Below the pieces are notes generated by a model. It saw only the letters and a list, made by a program, of their open reading frames with translations. It was not told the origin of the DNA and did no database searches. The position numbers were made by a program, and so were the translations under genes. Shown here in pieces: positions 1 through 9,312 of a stretch of DNA of 64,000 nucleotides (its first letter is position 1; each line of letters opens with the position of its first letter). Source of the stretch: a bacterium (GTDB lineage Bacteria > Bacteroidota > Ignavibacteria > UBA10030); contig JAZDJN010000072.1 of NCBI GenBank assembly GCA_043803945.1, forward strand, positions 1 through 64,000, given 5' to 3'.

Positions 1-67
1 ACTCGATCTGAGACCCCCTGAACGGCTCGAATTGAAACTCAAAAATGTAGTGCCGACTTTTTAACAT
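1..67 (-). CDS. Possible 5' part of the next gene in the dnd-like operon (runs off the window)
   Basis: ATG at 67, 14 bp after the dndE stop; open to base 1 (MLKSRHYIFEFQFEPFRGSQIE); too short to assign. Confidence 0.3.
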   Translation of the reverse strand, partial: MLKSRHYIFEFQFEPFRGSQIE

Positions 68-80
68 TTATGCCCTATGC

Positions 81-515
81 TCAACGGAATCGCCATCTTT
101 TCTTCACAACTGTCGAACTTGGGCTAGCAAATGGGGCACCATATCTTTCGTTGAGCCAAGAATAAAATTGGTTAGGTTCTTGTCTGCAATCTTCGAATAT
201 TTTTTCCAAAATTTCAGCACCCGCGTTTATATGATTCACTAAGAGTTCACCCCATTCATCTTCTGAGAGCTTTCTTTTATAAGTAAAGGAGAGAAGATTT
301 TTTACAAGGTTTCGTTGCTCCTTCTCAAAATCTCGAAGCCGAAATTCTTTTCCTTGGTGATCATATTGTTCCGTCGAGAAATTGTACGCTCCCTTTTCTC
401 GCAATGAGACGGCTAAGGCTATACGTGCAATAGCTACCTTCTGTATATCCAAACGCTGTCTAAGCAAATCAAGTATTGCATCGTGTTTTTCGCTTGGATG
501 GAATCTATCTGGCAT
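81..515 (-). CDS. dndE: DndE-family DNA-binding protein
   Basis: IARIALAVSL, GKEF and late HINAGAEIL motifs typical of DndE; begins 3 bp after the dndD-like stop. Confidence 0.75.
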   Translation of the reverse strand: MPDRFHPSEKHDAILDLLRQRLDIQKVAIARIALAVSLREKGAYNFSTEQYDHQGKEFRLRDFEKEQRNLVKNLLSFTYKRKLSEDEWGELLVNHINAGAEILEKIFEDCRQEPNQFYSWLNERYGAPFASPSSTVVKKRWRFR

Positions 516-518
516 AAT

Positions 519-2540
519 CTAATCTCCGAAATATCTATTTTCAATATAAGTTGTTTCCTTTTGATTATCTCGTTTTAAAAGGAATGTCTGAACAAGATGA
601 TCATTTAGCATTTCTAAATACTCTCCAATAATTTCATCATCTTTGGAAAGTAGAATAACCTGGCTGCCAGCGATTGGAAAATATTTACTTACAACATTAG
701 GTTTATTTATTCCATCTAAATGTCCCAAAGGAAAATCTATAACAATTGGAATGGTTCTGTTAGCAGTCTTGCATAGCCCTGCAACTAAAGATATTGCATA
801 TAGCTCTTTCCCTCCATCAGAGAGATCTCTCTTGGGTAGAATTTTTCCGTCAGCTCGAATGATTTGTGTAGAATAGTCTTTAGGATCGAATCGGATTGTA
901 CCACGATACTCCTCTATAGGTTGAAGTTGATTATATAAATCAGTTGTGTGCCTCTGCAGTTCTATGAGACGTTGTTTTTTAACAATATTTATATATTCCT
1001 CAAGCAGATTGATATATTTCTTAGTATGGTTAAGAATAAACATATCCCTCTGTTGTTCGGTTTTCCTATCCTCGATTTCGGATAATTCTCTTTCCTTTTC
1101 TGTTAACTCATGATCATTTTTCTCTCGTTGAGATCGTTGATAATCTATATTTTGTTTTTCACGGCCAATTGATTTTGCGGTATCAAGTAGCTGGAAATCC
1201 AATTTCTTTAATTGACCCAACAAGTTTTCATCGAGTGTAAAACCCTGAATTTGAGAATCGAGTTTTTGAATATCCCCTTCTAGGTCAATTTGTCCATCTA
1301 TAAGGGCTTTAACATCCTTAGCGGTCGAAAGAATAGAATCAACAATTCCAATGAGATTTATTTCCTCATCTTCCGATATACTGAATATTGGCTTTGGGCC
1401 AACGTTTGCGAATGAATTTTGAATATAAATCCTCAGTTGTCCTTTTATGAGATCTGTAACAGATATCACTGCCTCTTGAGTCTGAATATTCGTGAGTTTG
1501 CATATTGCGATGCCAAGTGTGTTACCCAAATCTTCAATTATCTCATTAAGCCTCCCCGAAATCTCTTGATTAATACGAATGGTCCGTTCATTTTGAATGG
1601 CCCTTTTCATTTCGATTAAGTCTGTCCCAAGAAGAGCAAAGGGGAAGGTGGTTTGTATGAACTCTTTACATTCTTTTTGCAGCCTTTCACTCTCAATCTT
1701 CTTTCGTTCACAATCCGATACTAATTTATCTCGTTCAACCCGAGATGCAGGGTCGATCAACTTTAAAAGGTTGCTTTTGTCAACTCCTAGTCTTTGTTCC
1801 TTTTCTTTCCATTCTCTTAATTCCTTCTCGTTATTTTCTAATTCCTCATCTATTTTTTGTGCTTTATCCTCTAAGTCTTTAATGTCAGCACGCAGTCGTA
1901 ACTCTTGGCTTTCCAGATTTTCTGTTCGCTCTTCACGAATTTTTTCCACAATGTATTTCTTCAAGTGTTCACGTAGCTCTCGAAAGAGTTCAATCCCAAG
2001 TAGGATTTCTATCGAATCCTTAAGTTTTGAGACGTCTGTCTCTTCGTCAGCGAATTGTTTTATTTCTACACCATCAAAGAAAAAGAACTTGGAAGTGGAA
2101 CTCGGCACTTCACCTTCAATCCATTGCTGAATTTCTTCCTCAGAGTATGTATCAATCCTTTTTCCATCCTCATAAAGGAGTAGCGATTCTTTCATCACTA
2201 TTGGATCATCTTTTCGGATTATTCGGGATCCCTTTGGAGTCCACGCTCTTTCAATGGTGATATCATGGTCTGCATAATCTCGATAAGAGACTGCTACAGT
2301 TATATTGTAATTGCCCAACTCTCTTTGTTTATAATTTATCAATGCGGACATATCCTCTGTTCGAGGAGGGCCAAAAAAGCAATACTGTAAAGCATTAAGG
2401 AAAGTAGTCTTACCATACTGATTGTATCCGCCAATGAGGTAAATGTTCTTTCCATTTCTTTTATCCGGCTCTTCGAAGACTAATTCAGTCGGTAAACCGT
2501 AGCACCTGAAGTTATCTATCTTGACCTTTCTCAGTATCAT
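519..2540 (-). CDS. dndD: DndD-like SMC/ABC ATPase
   Basis: KIDNFRCY start, Walker A GGYNQYGKTT, FFFFDG, long coiled coil, signature LSDGGKE, Walker B IVIDFPLGHLD, KYFP..GSQVILLS; 673 aa. Confidence 0.85.
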   Translation of the reverse strand: MILRKVKIDNFRCYGLPTELVFEEPDKRNGKNIYLIGGYNQYGKTTFLNALQYCFFGPPRTEDMSALINYKQRELGNYNITVAVSYRDYADHDITIERAWTPKGSRIIRKDDPIVMKESLLLYEDGKRIDTYSEEEIQQWIEGEVPSSTSKFFFFDGVEIKQFADEETDVSKLKDSIEILLGIELFRELREHLKKYIVEKIREERTENLESQELRLRADIKDLEDKAQKIDEELENNEKELREWKEKEQRLGVDKSNLLKLIDPASRVERDKLVSDCERKKIESERLQKECKEFIQTTFPFALLGTDLIEMKRAIQNERTIRINQEISGRLNEIIEDLGNTLGIAICKLTNIQTQEAVISVTDLIKGQLRIYIQNSFANVGPKPIFSISEDEEINLIGIVDSILSTAKDVKALIDGQIDLEGDIQKLDSQIQGFTLDENLLGQLKKLDFQLLDTAKSIGREKQNIDYQRSQREKNDHELTEKERELSEIEDRKTEQQRDMFILNHTKKYINLLEEYINIVKKQRLIELQRHTTDLYNQLQPIEEYRGTIRFDPKDYSTQIIRADGKILPKRDLSDGGKELYAISLVAGLCKTANRTIPIVIDFPLGHLDGINKPNVVSKYFPIAGSQVILLSKDDEIIGEYLEMLNDHLVQTFLLKRDNQKETTYIENRYFGD

Positions 2541-2725
2541 TTTTTCTCCCCTCCTTTGGACAGGATGTCCACTTCATCCTCAATGATCTGACGCAATGAG
2601 TCAGGCAGTCCATGCTTTCTAGCCAGTCCTTGCTTTTTCCTTTCACATTCGACCATCTTCTCGATAGTCTCGTAGAGAACTCCATACTTTGTACAGAGTT
2701 CCAGTAGGGTTTGATCCTTTTTCAT
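2537..2725 (-). CDS. Small DndD-associated protein resembling the C-terminal tail of DndC
   Basis: 62 aa, LLELC..GV..ETIEKMVECERKKQGLARKHGL; ATGA overlap with dndD, whose AGGAGGG RBS lies inside this gene. Confidence 0.65.
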   Translation of the reverse strand: MKKDQTLLELCTKYGVLYETIEKMVECERKKQGLARKHGLPDSLRQIIEDEVDILSKGGEKK

Positions 2726-2814
2726 TTGCTTATTCCCTCTGATGAAGGATAATTGTATCCTAGCGCAAAAAGTCTACTTTTATTTCGTAGAACAAGCTTA
2801 CAAGTCCCGATATG

Positions 2815-3528
2815 TCAATCCCCTTCATTGCCAGAGTTGCTCACTCCCTTTGTTATATGAACAACAAAACCAGGTGGAATTGTGAGCATCGAACTTTCTG
2901 CTTCATCCCAAGCTTTTATTGCTTCAATGTAATCGTTTGAAGGTTCTGGCTCTGTTACTTGTGCCTGTCCCATCGATTCAAGGAATGGCTTTATCCTCTC
3001 ACGCAATATTGCAACCTTCTTTTCAGCTTCCTTCGAAGCCTTCAACGGTATAATCGACGGAATCTCGCTCGCCGGCTTGATAGTGCTAAAGTCCAACACA
3101 TCCCCTCTTTGCTTTACCGATTCCATTGGTTCTGTTTCGAAGTATACATAGTCCAATAACTCTTCAAGCGGTTTATTTCCCCATTGTCCAACAATCTTTT
3201 TAATAATAAGGCTTAAACTCACATCAACTTTTGGCTTATATGCTGCCATACTCTCCGCAACTCTGAAGAGGATGAGGTCTTTATCGGATTGGATCTTCAC
3301 TTCTTTCTTCTCAAATTCAGAATCTGAAAAAATACTTTCCAGTGCTAGTGCATACGGTCCGTAATGGGAGAACAGCCATTGCAAATCAGTCAACCGATTT
3401 CCATGAGCACGGTAGTGTTCAACCTCCGTGAGATAAAGTAGTTTTACTAGCTGAGTCTTTCCGAGAGAGATGTTTTGGGAGGATGCTTCGCTGAGAATTT
3501 GAAGCAAGATATCTTTAACGGTATTCAA
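2815..3528 (-). CDS. Panacea/DUF4065 (SocA/GepA-like) antitoxin-domain protein with C-terminal extension
   Basis: KTQLVKLLYL and FSHYGPY motifs; likely TTG start at 3528 (ORF open from 3582). Confidence 0.7.
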   Translation of the reverse strand: MNTVKDILLQILSEASSQNISLGKTQLVKLLYLTEVEHYRAHGNRLTDLQWLFSHYGPYALALESIFSDSEFEKKEVKIQSDKDLILFRVAESMAAYKPKVDVSLSLIIKKIVGQWGNKPLEELLDYVYFETEPMESVKQRGDVLDFSTIKPASEIPSIIPLKASKEAEKKVAILRERIKPFLESMGQAQVTEPEPSNDYIEAIKAWDEAESSMLTIPPGFVVHITKGVSNSGNEGD

Positions 3529-3609
3529 TGGTCTTCCCCAGAAGTGCAGGTAAAATTTATGCAAACTCCCTAGTAATAACAACTATGAATATCTAAACGT
3601 ACTCTCTGC

Positions 3610-3731
3610 TCACAACACCAACTCCACTTCTCTCTTCTCTCCAAACAGGATGAACTGTAATGATCAAGTAACGGTTTCCCTGCTTCGAGATATCGGTTAA
3701 TATCGCGTATTCCGTTATCGGTGAGTTTCAT
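3610..3731 (-). pseudogene. Frameshifted N-terminal remnant of a site-specific DNA methyltransferase (type III Mod-like)
   Basis: MKLTDNGIRDINRYLEAGKPLLDHY, then after a 1-nt shift FILFGEKREVELVL-stop; resembles a known Mod-like MTase N-terminus; ATG overlaps the Abi stop. Confidence 0.6.
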
Positions 3732-4630
3732 ACTTCCTTGTTTTTCCATATAGGGCTTTCTTCCCAATAATTTGGAAAGCCCATCAGTTGGGTCGAAATT
3801 TGGTGATAATTCAAAAAAAGAGTTCTTAATCTATTTTCCCAAGAACTGGTAGGTGCGTCGAATCGAAGGAGATACCGGAGGATTGTGAGGATACCAAAAA
3901 TTCTATCTCTTGTTACTTCCACAGGGAAATGCCATTCAGGATATTTTTGCTTGCGTGGGATTTTGGGCTGGTAGCCTAATACACGGTCTATTAACCGTCC
4001 ATGATGTGCACAGATGTTTCTTACGCTATTCAGCGCAATCAGCCACGAGAGAAATATTTCATCACTCACATTGTGATGGGCTGATATTATTTGTTTCAGT
4101 TTATAGTTTAGCCCACGGAACAGCGTTAGTGTTTTTCCAAAACTCATAAGTTCTACAGCCATCCACAGGGGAGGCAAAACATGCGAGTCACCATATTTTT
4201 GTTTGAAATGGATAATAAATGGCTCCGAGCATCTCTCGATTTCTTCATGCAGTTCATTAATCCATTTTTTGTGTTGTTCTCCGTTTAAACCGGGAAGAGT
4301 ACTTGGGTCTTCATACGCAAATGGGCTGTAAACATGGCAGAAGTGATATGCAATTTTTGTCCGGACAGCTACCTCAACTCGCTCAATCGCATCCATTGAT
4401 AAAAATCTCAATTGTCTATCAAAGGTATAGCGTGACCAAACAAGATCGAGAGTTGTATTCTTTTTAAACCTTTGATCCTGTGTTCGAAAAGGGTAGAGAT
4501 ATGTACTCAGTCGATAATAATTGACAACAGAAAGACGATTAACAAGAACTTCTTTATCTGCAATAAGTCCGCGGGAGAGGAGAAGATCAGCTTGTGCATC
4601 GAGGGTAAGCGGTGGTTTATCAAATTTCAT
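3728..4630 (-). CDS. Abi family (AbiD/AbiF, Abi_2) HEPN RNase
   Basis: KPPLT..Q..LL.SRGL, VNYYRLSTY, Y.FDRQLR, PPLWMAVELMSFG, HEPN R-x4-H motif RNICAHH; ATG at 4630 after GGGGTG. Confidence 0.9.
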   Translation of the reverse strand: MKFDKPPLTLDAQADLLLSRGLIADKEVLVNRLSVVNYYRLSTYLYPFRTQDQRFKKNTTLDLVWSRYTFDRQLRFLSMDAIERVEVAVRTKIAYHFCHVYSPFAYEDPSTLPGLNGEQHKKWINELHEEIERCSEPFIIHFKQKYGDSHVLPPLWMAVELMSFGKTLTLFRGLNYKLKQIISAHHNVSDEIFLSWLIALNSVRNICAHHGRLIDRVLGYQPKIPRKQKYPEWHFPVEVTRDRIFGILTILRYLLRFDAPTSSWENRLRTLFLNYHQISTQLMGFPNYWEESPIWKNKEV

Positions 4631-4640
4631 ATCACCCCGT

Positions 4641-4697
4641 ACAAAAAAAACGCCCACCGAATTTCGCATGCAAGGCAGAGGCGCGGCAGGCTTGCTG
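4641..4697 (-). ncRNA. Candidate abiF-type leader ncRNA (RNA antitoxin or attenuator)
   Basis: Minus strand GCCTGCCG pairs with CGGTGGGC (two G-U) and is followed by T8; lies between the promoter and the Abi start. Confidence 0.55.
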
Positions 4698-4701
4698 GGT
4701 T

Positions 4702-4730
4702 AATATAGCCACTGTGAAGCGAACTGTCAA
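4702..4730 (-). promoter_or_regulatory. Sigma70 promoter of the abi leader/operon
   Basis: TTGACA-17 bp-TATATT on the minus strand. Confidence 0.75.
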
Positions 4731-5015
4731 CAGGTTTTATCTTAAAGTTGATACATTCTTTCTTGTGATATATGGGCGCGTTCGAGAAATAGAATATTCG
4801 CATGCAACATCGGAATTATTTATCAAGTGTGATTTTTACAATGAACAAAATCTTTGGAATTCCGGTGGTATTAAGCTATTATCAACATAATCAAAAGCCC
4901 AACAATTAACAACAAGCTTGCAATTGCCGTGGAATACCTAGTCGCTGGGGCTCGTATTATCAGCCCCCTTCTTGAAAATTATCAAATATCCCTTGATAAC
5001 ATTTTTTGCTCCAAC

Positions 5016-5480
5016 TCATAATCCCAATTCCATATACACCGCTTCATCTGATGGATTGAACCGGTATGGTGTAATAGATTTAAAACCAAGGGATTTATAG
5101 AGTGCGATTGCTTCCTTCATAGTACTCATGGTATCCAGCCGCATTCGGAGGTACCCCTTTTCTTTGGCACGATTAATAATTGCGTTCGCCAACTGACGCC
5201 CATATCCCTTTCCTTTGAAGAGCGGACGCACATACATACGTTTCATTTCACAGATTCCCTCTTCGAGTTTTCGCAACGCCACACATCCGATAACTACATC
5301 CTCTTCGTACCCCAGCAGCAGCGCTCCATCCGGCGGTGCATAATCTCCGGGAAGCCGCTGTAACTCTTCTTTAAATCCCTGAAAGCAGAGATCAATTCCT
5401 ATGGCGCGCTGGTATTCCTGAAAGAGTTCTCGAACCTCCTTGATTTCTTCCTCACTCACTGCCTCAATGAGCCGTATCAT
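5016..5480 (-). CDS. GNAT-family N-acetyltransferase
   Basis: [37 protein letters not shown]; likely start MIRLIE. Confidence 0.9.
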   Translation of the reverse strand: MIRLIEAVSEEEIKEVRELFQEYQRAIGIDLCFQGFKEELQRLPGDYAPPDGALLLGYEEDVVIGCVALRKLEEGICEMKRMYVRPLFKGKGYGRQLANAIINRAKEKGYLRMRLDTMSTMKEAIALYKSLGFKSITPYRFNPSDEAVYMELGL

Positions 5481-5504
5481 TTTTCTTCTCTGTTTTTTGT
5501 AGTC

Positions 5505-5590
5505 TGTCAACTGTCATCTGCTGTCTGTGATACTCACTACTTTCTACTTACTACTTTTTACTCTTCACTCTTTACTCTTTACTCTTCACT
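5505..5590. repeat. Degenerate heptamer tandem repeat
   Basis: ctgtcaa ctgtcat ... tactcac tactttc tacttac tactttt tactctt cactctt tactctt. Confidence 0.7.
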
Positions 5591-6765
5591 ATTTTCCTTA
5601 TCGCTCCCAGTGGATTCGTCACACTCACAACATAATCTTTGAGTTTTGCATAGCCCACATTGATACATTCGTGTGCACCATTCTTCTGATAATCTTCGAT
5701 GAGATCATGCATGAGTTTCCGGGCAAGTGGACGGTGATTTCGATTCAAGGCATATGTTAGCCAGCCCGCTGCCGTACCCCAATACGCTCCATTCTGATAG
5801 GTCTCAGGATCGATTGGAATTAATGTACGCTCCCAGTGTTCTTTGTTCGGCAGGTGTCGTATTTGACCCTTATAGGTATAGCGATCAAAATTCACAGCAA
5901 GGTAATGCTCGATGTACTCCCGTTTCTGGCCGAGTGGAAAACCGATATATATTGCAAATGCATTTCCCCAAATATCAATCTGACGACAATGGCCCGTTGC
6001 GGCAAAAAACATCTTTGATTCATCATCCCAGAGCCTGACGCAATTCTTTTCTATGAGCAGAGCACGTTGAGAAAATTCATCTGCTAAGGAATGATCATTC
6101 GTTTTCATGAACAATGCCTCAAGCCTCTTACATGCTTCCCAATAGAGCAGTGAAGGAAAAAGCGATTCACCGGTCTCGGCAACCGTGTCGGTGAATCCAT
6201 AAGGGGAGCGGAGTTTCGTTGAATCGATAACAATTAATCCGCGCTCACCGCGCGGCAGATAGTTCATCGCTGCGATGAGTCTCCCGGCGGATCGTTTGAA
6301 GAAGTCGAGATCCCCGGTATGGTCGACATAATCTGCAACCAGCTTGACCATGAATTGTGAGTTATCAGCCGGTGGCAGACCGACGGGATGTCCAACCGGG
6401 CCGGCTTCATACACGGCAAGCCGATCGGCATCGACCCGATCGGGAATGCATCCATCCTCTCGTTGATAATCGAGGAGATACTGGATGGCAACACGAAGTT
6501 TGGAATCCTCAAAACTATCGATATCATTTTCAACCATATACGCAAAGTCGCGTGTCCATTGCGCATTGTAATTAGCGTGACCATCCGGTGTGAAGATCGT
6601 AATCCCGCTTCTGCTTCTCATAGCGCAGCCGTTGATCTGTCGCTTTGATTCCTGTTCCAGCCATTCATACTGCGCTGAAGTAATAGGTATAGACTTCCGC
6701 ATTTCGCATCCTGAGTTCATAGAAGCAAGAATGATCAATGGGATCCTGAAAAACCAGGACTTCAT
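5572..6765 (-). CDS. Six-hairpin (alpha/alpha)6 glycoside hydrolase-like protein, probable lipoprotein
   Basis: YNAQWTRDFAYM, YGFTDTV, YQNGAYW motifs; signal with NSGC lipobox if started at MKSWFF (ORF open from 6816). Confidence 0.7.
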   Translation of the reverse strand: MKSWFFRIPLIILASMNSGCEMRKSIPITSAQYEWLEQESKRQINGCAMRSRSGITIFTPDGHANYNAQWTRDFAYMVENDIDSFEDSKLRVAIQYLLDYQREDGCIPDRVDADRLAVYEAGPVGHPVGLPPADNSQFMVKLVADYVDHTGDLDFFKRSAGRLIAAMNYLPRGERGLIVIDSTKLRSPYGFTDTVAETGESLFPSLLYWEACKRLEALFMKTNDHSLADEFSQRALLIEKNCVRLWDDESKMFFAATGHCRQIDIWGNAFAIYIGFPLGQKREYIEHYLAVNFDRYTYKGQIRHLPNKEHWERTLIPIDPETYQNGAYWGTAAGWLTYALNRNHRPLARKLMHDLIEDYQKNGAHECINVGYAKLKDYVVSVTNPLGAIRKIVKSKE

Positions 6766-6805
6766 ATCGGCCATTTTTAACTTTGAATTTTTCACTTTGA
6801 ATTGA

Positions 6806-8566
6806 TCATTGTTCATCCGGTGAAGGGAGATTTTTATACCAGGTAAAGTAAAGAACGATCATAGTAATCAGGCAGACAATACCCCAAATGCTGGCCTGCA
6901 TCCAATTTCTGAGTAAAATATAAAACGGAATAATCCCAAGGCAGAGCTGGAAGAGCGATGCGATAAGCGCATTCAGCATGTCGATCTTCGGCATGGGGTC
7001 ATTCTGTGGAATGAGCCCGCGCCATTCTGCTTCTTCCCGAATCGGTTTCCAGAATCCAAAGGGACGAACCTTTGCATAGAATTTCACCAAAACCTCGATG
7101 TCGGTGGGTTTCGTCAAAAATGTTGCAACGATTGTCCAGACGAAGGCCGCCGTCATGACAACTCCGACCGCAGTATAGACCGGCCATTCCGGAAAGAGAA
7201 TTTTCTGGGCGAAAGCAAGAATCGCTGTGCCAACCATGCTCAGCACAAATGATTTTGCATTGAACCGCCACCAGTGCCACCGGAATGTCCCCGGCAGCAG
7301 CATCATCGTCAGAATAACAAAGATCATCAGTTCCCAGATCGACACGATCTGATCGTAGAGAAAGCTGAAGGAAAAGCTGAAGACGATCGTGACTGCGGAA
7401 GCAGCCATGCCGAGCCGAACAAGCTGCTTCTCATTCATATTTTTCGCGAAGTAGCGTTTAAGAAAATCGTTGAGGATCACCGAGCTGGTCACGTTGATCA
7501 TGGCGATGATCGTCGACATCAGGGCAGCCAGCATGATTGCCATGAAAATTCCAGCCAGCCCAACGGGAAGTTTCTTCAGCACCAGCGGCATTATTTTCTC
7601 AGCATCGAAATCGGCCGTCGAGCCGAGAGAATAGAGTCCAAGCATCATGAATGAGCCTGCAAGAAACCACCGGGCTGTGTGGCCCAATGTCCAAATGCCC
7701 GCGGCCAGCGACGCATCCCGTGGAGTTCTCGTTGTCAGAAAGAACGTAAAATCCCAGACGATGGGGCCCGCCAGGAGTTTAAACACCATCCAAATGAATC
7801 CAGCGATGAGAATCGGGCCCATCCAGTAGTAATGCTGATGGCTCATCGGAGTTTGTCGAAGGTAGTCCGACCAGAGTGTCCATGATGGCCAGAGAGAACT
7901 CCACTGCGGATCCTTCATCGAAAGAAGTGCGGCACCATCGGGAATATTGAATACCATGATGGTGAGGATGACGGTTCCGATGAGGATCAGGATGGTTTGA
8001 AAAATATCTGTCAACAGTACGCCGAAAAACCCGCCAAAGGTCACATAGATGCCGACCACTGCGAAGATAATAAATGTCGATTGTGCGCGAGTAAGCGGAA
8101 GAAATTCCTCGGCAAACTTTCCAGTACCAACGGCAAGATACATCAAATTGAAAATCATGATAATGAGCAGGAATGTTGCCGTGGCAATTCGCACATGTTC
8201 AGCATCCCGAGTGGCGCCAAATCGAGTTTCGTTCCATTCAGCGAGTGTCATCACACCGGAGCGCCGGATATATTTTGCCTGGAACGCCATGTAGAACGCC
8301 ATCATGAAAAATCCCCAGAAGATGTGAAAGATCCATACCGACTGAATCCCCACATAGAACATGACACTGATAATCAGCATAGTGCCGCCGATATCGATAT
8401 AGCTCGACGAACCCGAGAGGCCCAGCATCCACCACTTGACACTGCGATCGGCGAGAAAGTACGAGTCTAATTTTTGCACAGCACGGGTTCTCATCATCAG
8501 ACCGATGAAGATAGTAGCGATGAGATAGACGATGATAATCGTTAAGTCAATGAAATGAAGATCCAT
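6806..8566 (-). CDS. Sodium:solute symporter (SSS family)
   Basis: YFLADRSVKWW, GG..GV..TD..Q, LAALMST; about 14 hydrophobic segments. Confidence 0.9.
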   Translation of the reverse strand: MDLHFIDLTIIIVYLIATIFIGLMMRTRAVQKLDSYFLADRSVKWWMLGLSGSSSYIDIGGTMLIISVMFYVGIQSVWIFHIFWGFFMMAFYMAFQAKYIRRSGVMTLAEWNETRFGATRDAEHVRIATATFLLIIMIFNLMYLAVGTGKFAEEFLPLTRAQSTFIIFAVVGIYVTFGGFFGVLLTDIFQTILILIGTVILTIMVFNIPDGAALLSMKDPQWSSLWPSWTLWSDYLRQTPMSHQHYYWMGPILIAGFIWMVFKLLAGPIVWDFTFFLTTRTPRDASLAAGIWTLGHTARWFLAGSFMMLGLYSLGSTADFDAEKIMPLVLKKLPVGLAGIFMAIMLAALMSTIIAMINVTSSVILNDFLKRYFAKNMNEKQLVRLGMAASAVTIVFSFSFSFLYDQIVSIWELMIFVILTMMLLPGTFRWHWWRFNAKSFVLSMVGTAILAFAQKILFPEWPVYTAVGVVMTAAFVWTIVATFLTKPTDIEVLVKFYAKVRPFGFWKPIREEAEWRGLIPQNDPMPKIDMLNALIASLFQLCLGIIPFYILLRNWMQASIWGIVCLITMIVLYFTWYKNLPSPDEQ

Positions 8567-8689
8567 CTGTGCTCCTTCGAGTTGTATGGAATCAAGAAGT
8601 CAATGGTACCAGACACCATCGATTCAATGGTAATATCAATCGATGCTTGCTGCCTAACGTAAAGACGGACCGCAATGCCCGCACTTGCA

Positions 8690-9124
8690 TCATTCAGAGT
8701 GTTCGTCGGTTGTCTTGGGGCCCGGTCTTGGTCCATAGCGCAGTAAAAGGAAGACCAGCAGCGTGGTAATGACGGCAAGTGCAATCATTCCAGTCCCAAC
8801 GGCGAGGCCAATCGCGGCCGTGACCCAGAGGCTTGCTGCCGTGGTCAGCCCCTGCACATTACCCTGGTTGCGAAGAATCGCACCTGCTCCGATGAAACCA
8901 ATACCTGTGACGATTTGAGCCGCCACACGGCTTGTATCGGTGCTGACACCAAACCCATAGATGGAGATAACGGTGAAGAGTGCAGCTCCTATGCAGACCA
9001 TTCCATGTGTACGGACACCAGCCGGTTTACCGGTGCGTTCACGCTCATATCCCAGCAACGCTCCAAGCAGGAGGGCGGTGATCACCCGCAACACCATCTC
9101 TGGGTGAAATTCAAGAAGATTCAT
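8690..9124 (-). CDS. MgtC/SapB-family membrane protein (short form)
   Basis: GYERE..GKPAGVRTH, RVAAQIVTGIGFIGAG, GLTTAASLWVTAAIG. Confidence 0.92.
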   Translation of the reverse strand: MNLLEFHPEMVLRVITALLLGALLGYERERTGKPAGVRTHGMVCIGAALFTVISIYGFGVSTDTSRVAAQIVTGIGFIGAGAILRNQGNVQGLTTAASLWVTAAIGLAVGTGMIALAVITTLLVFLLLRYGPRPGPKTTDEHSE

Positions 9125-9312
9125 AGTCGGTCTCTGATATCAAAATGGTAGTCATTATGAATTTGTCACTGCGAACAGGCTGACTTGTTGAATGTATGAA
9201 CCAAAATCCGTTATCTCAAGAGGAAGTCGTAACTCTACAGGAATAATTTGAAGGTTTGATTCCGCTTGTGTATTTTGTTCATACAATAGCAGTAACTGCT
9301 CAGCGAAGCTCG

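Noticed and set aside
81-2725. Complete dnd phosphorothioation system
   Set aside because: No dndA, dndB or dndC in the window, so PT modification cannot be claimed
3570-3767. 65-aa ORF as an intact gene
   Set aside because: It overlaps the Abi end and becomes nonsense after a frameshift; treated as an MTase remnant
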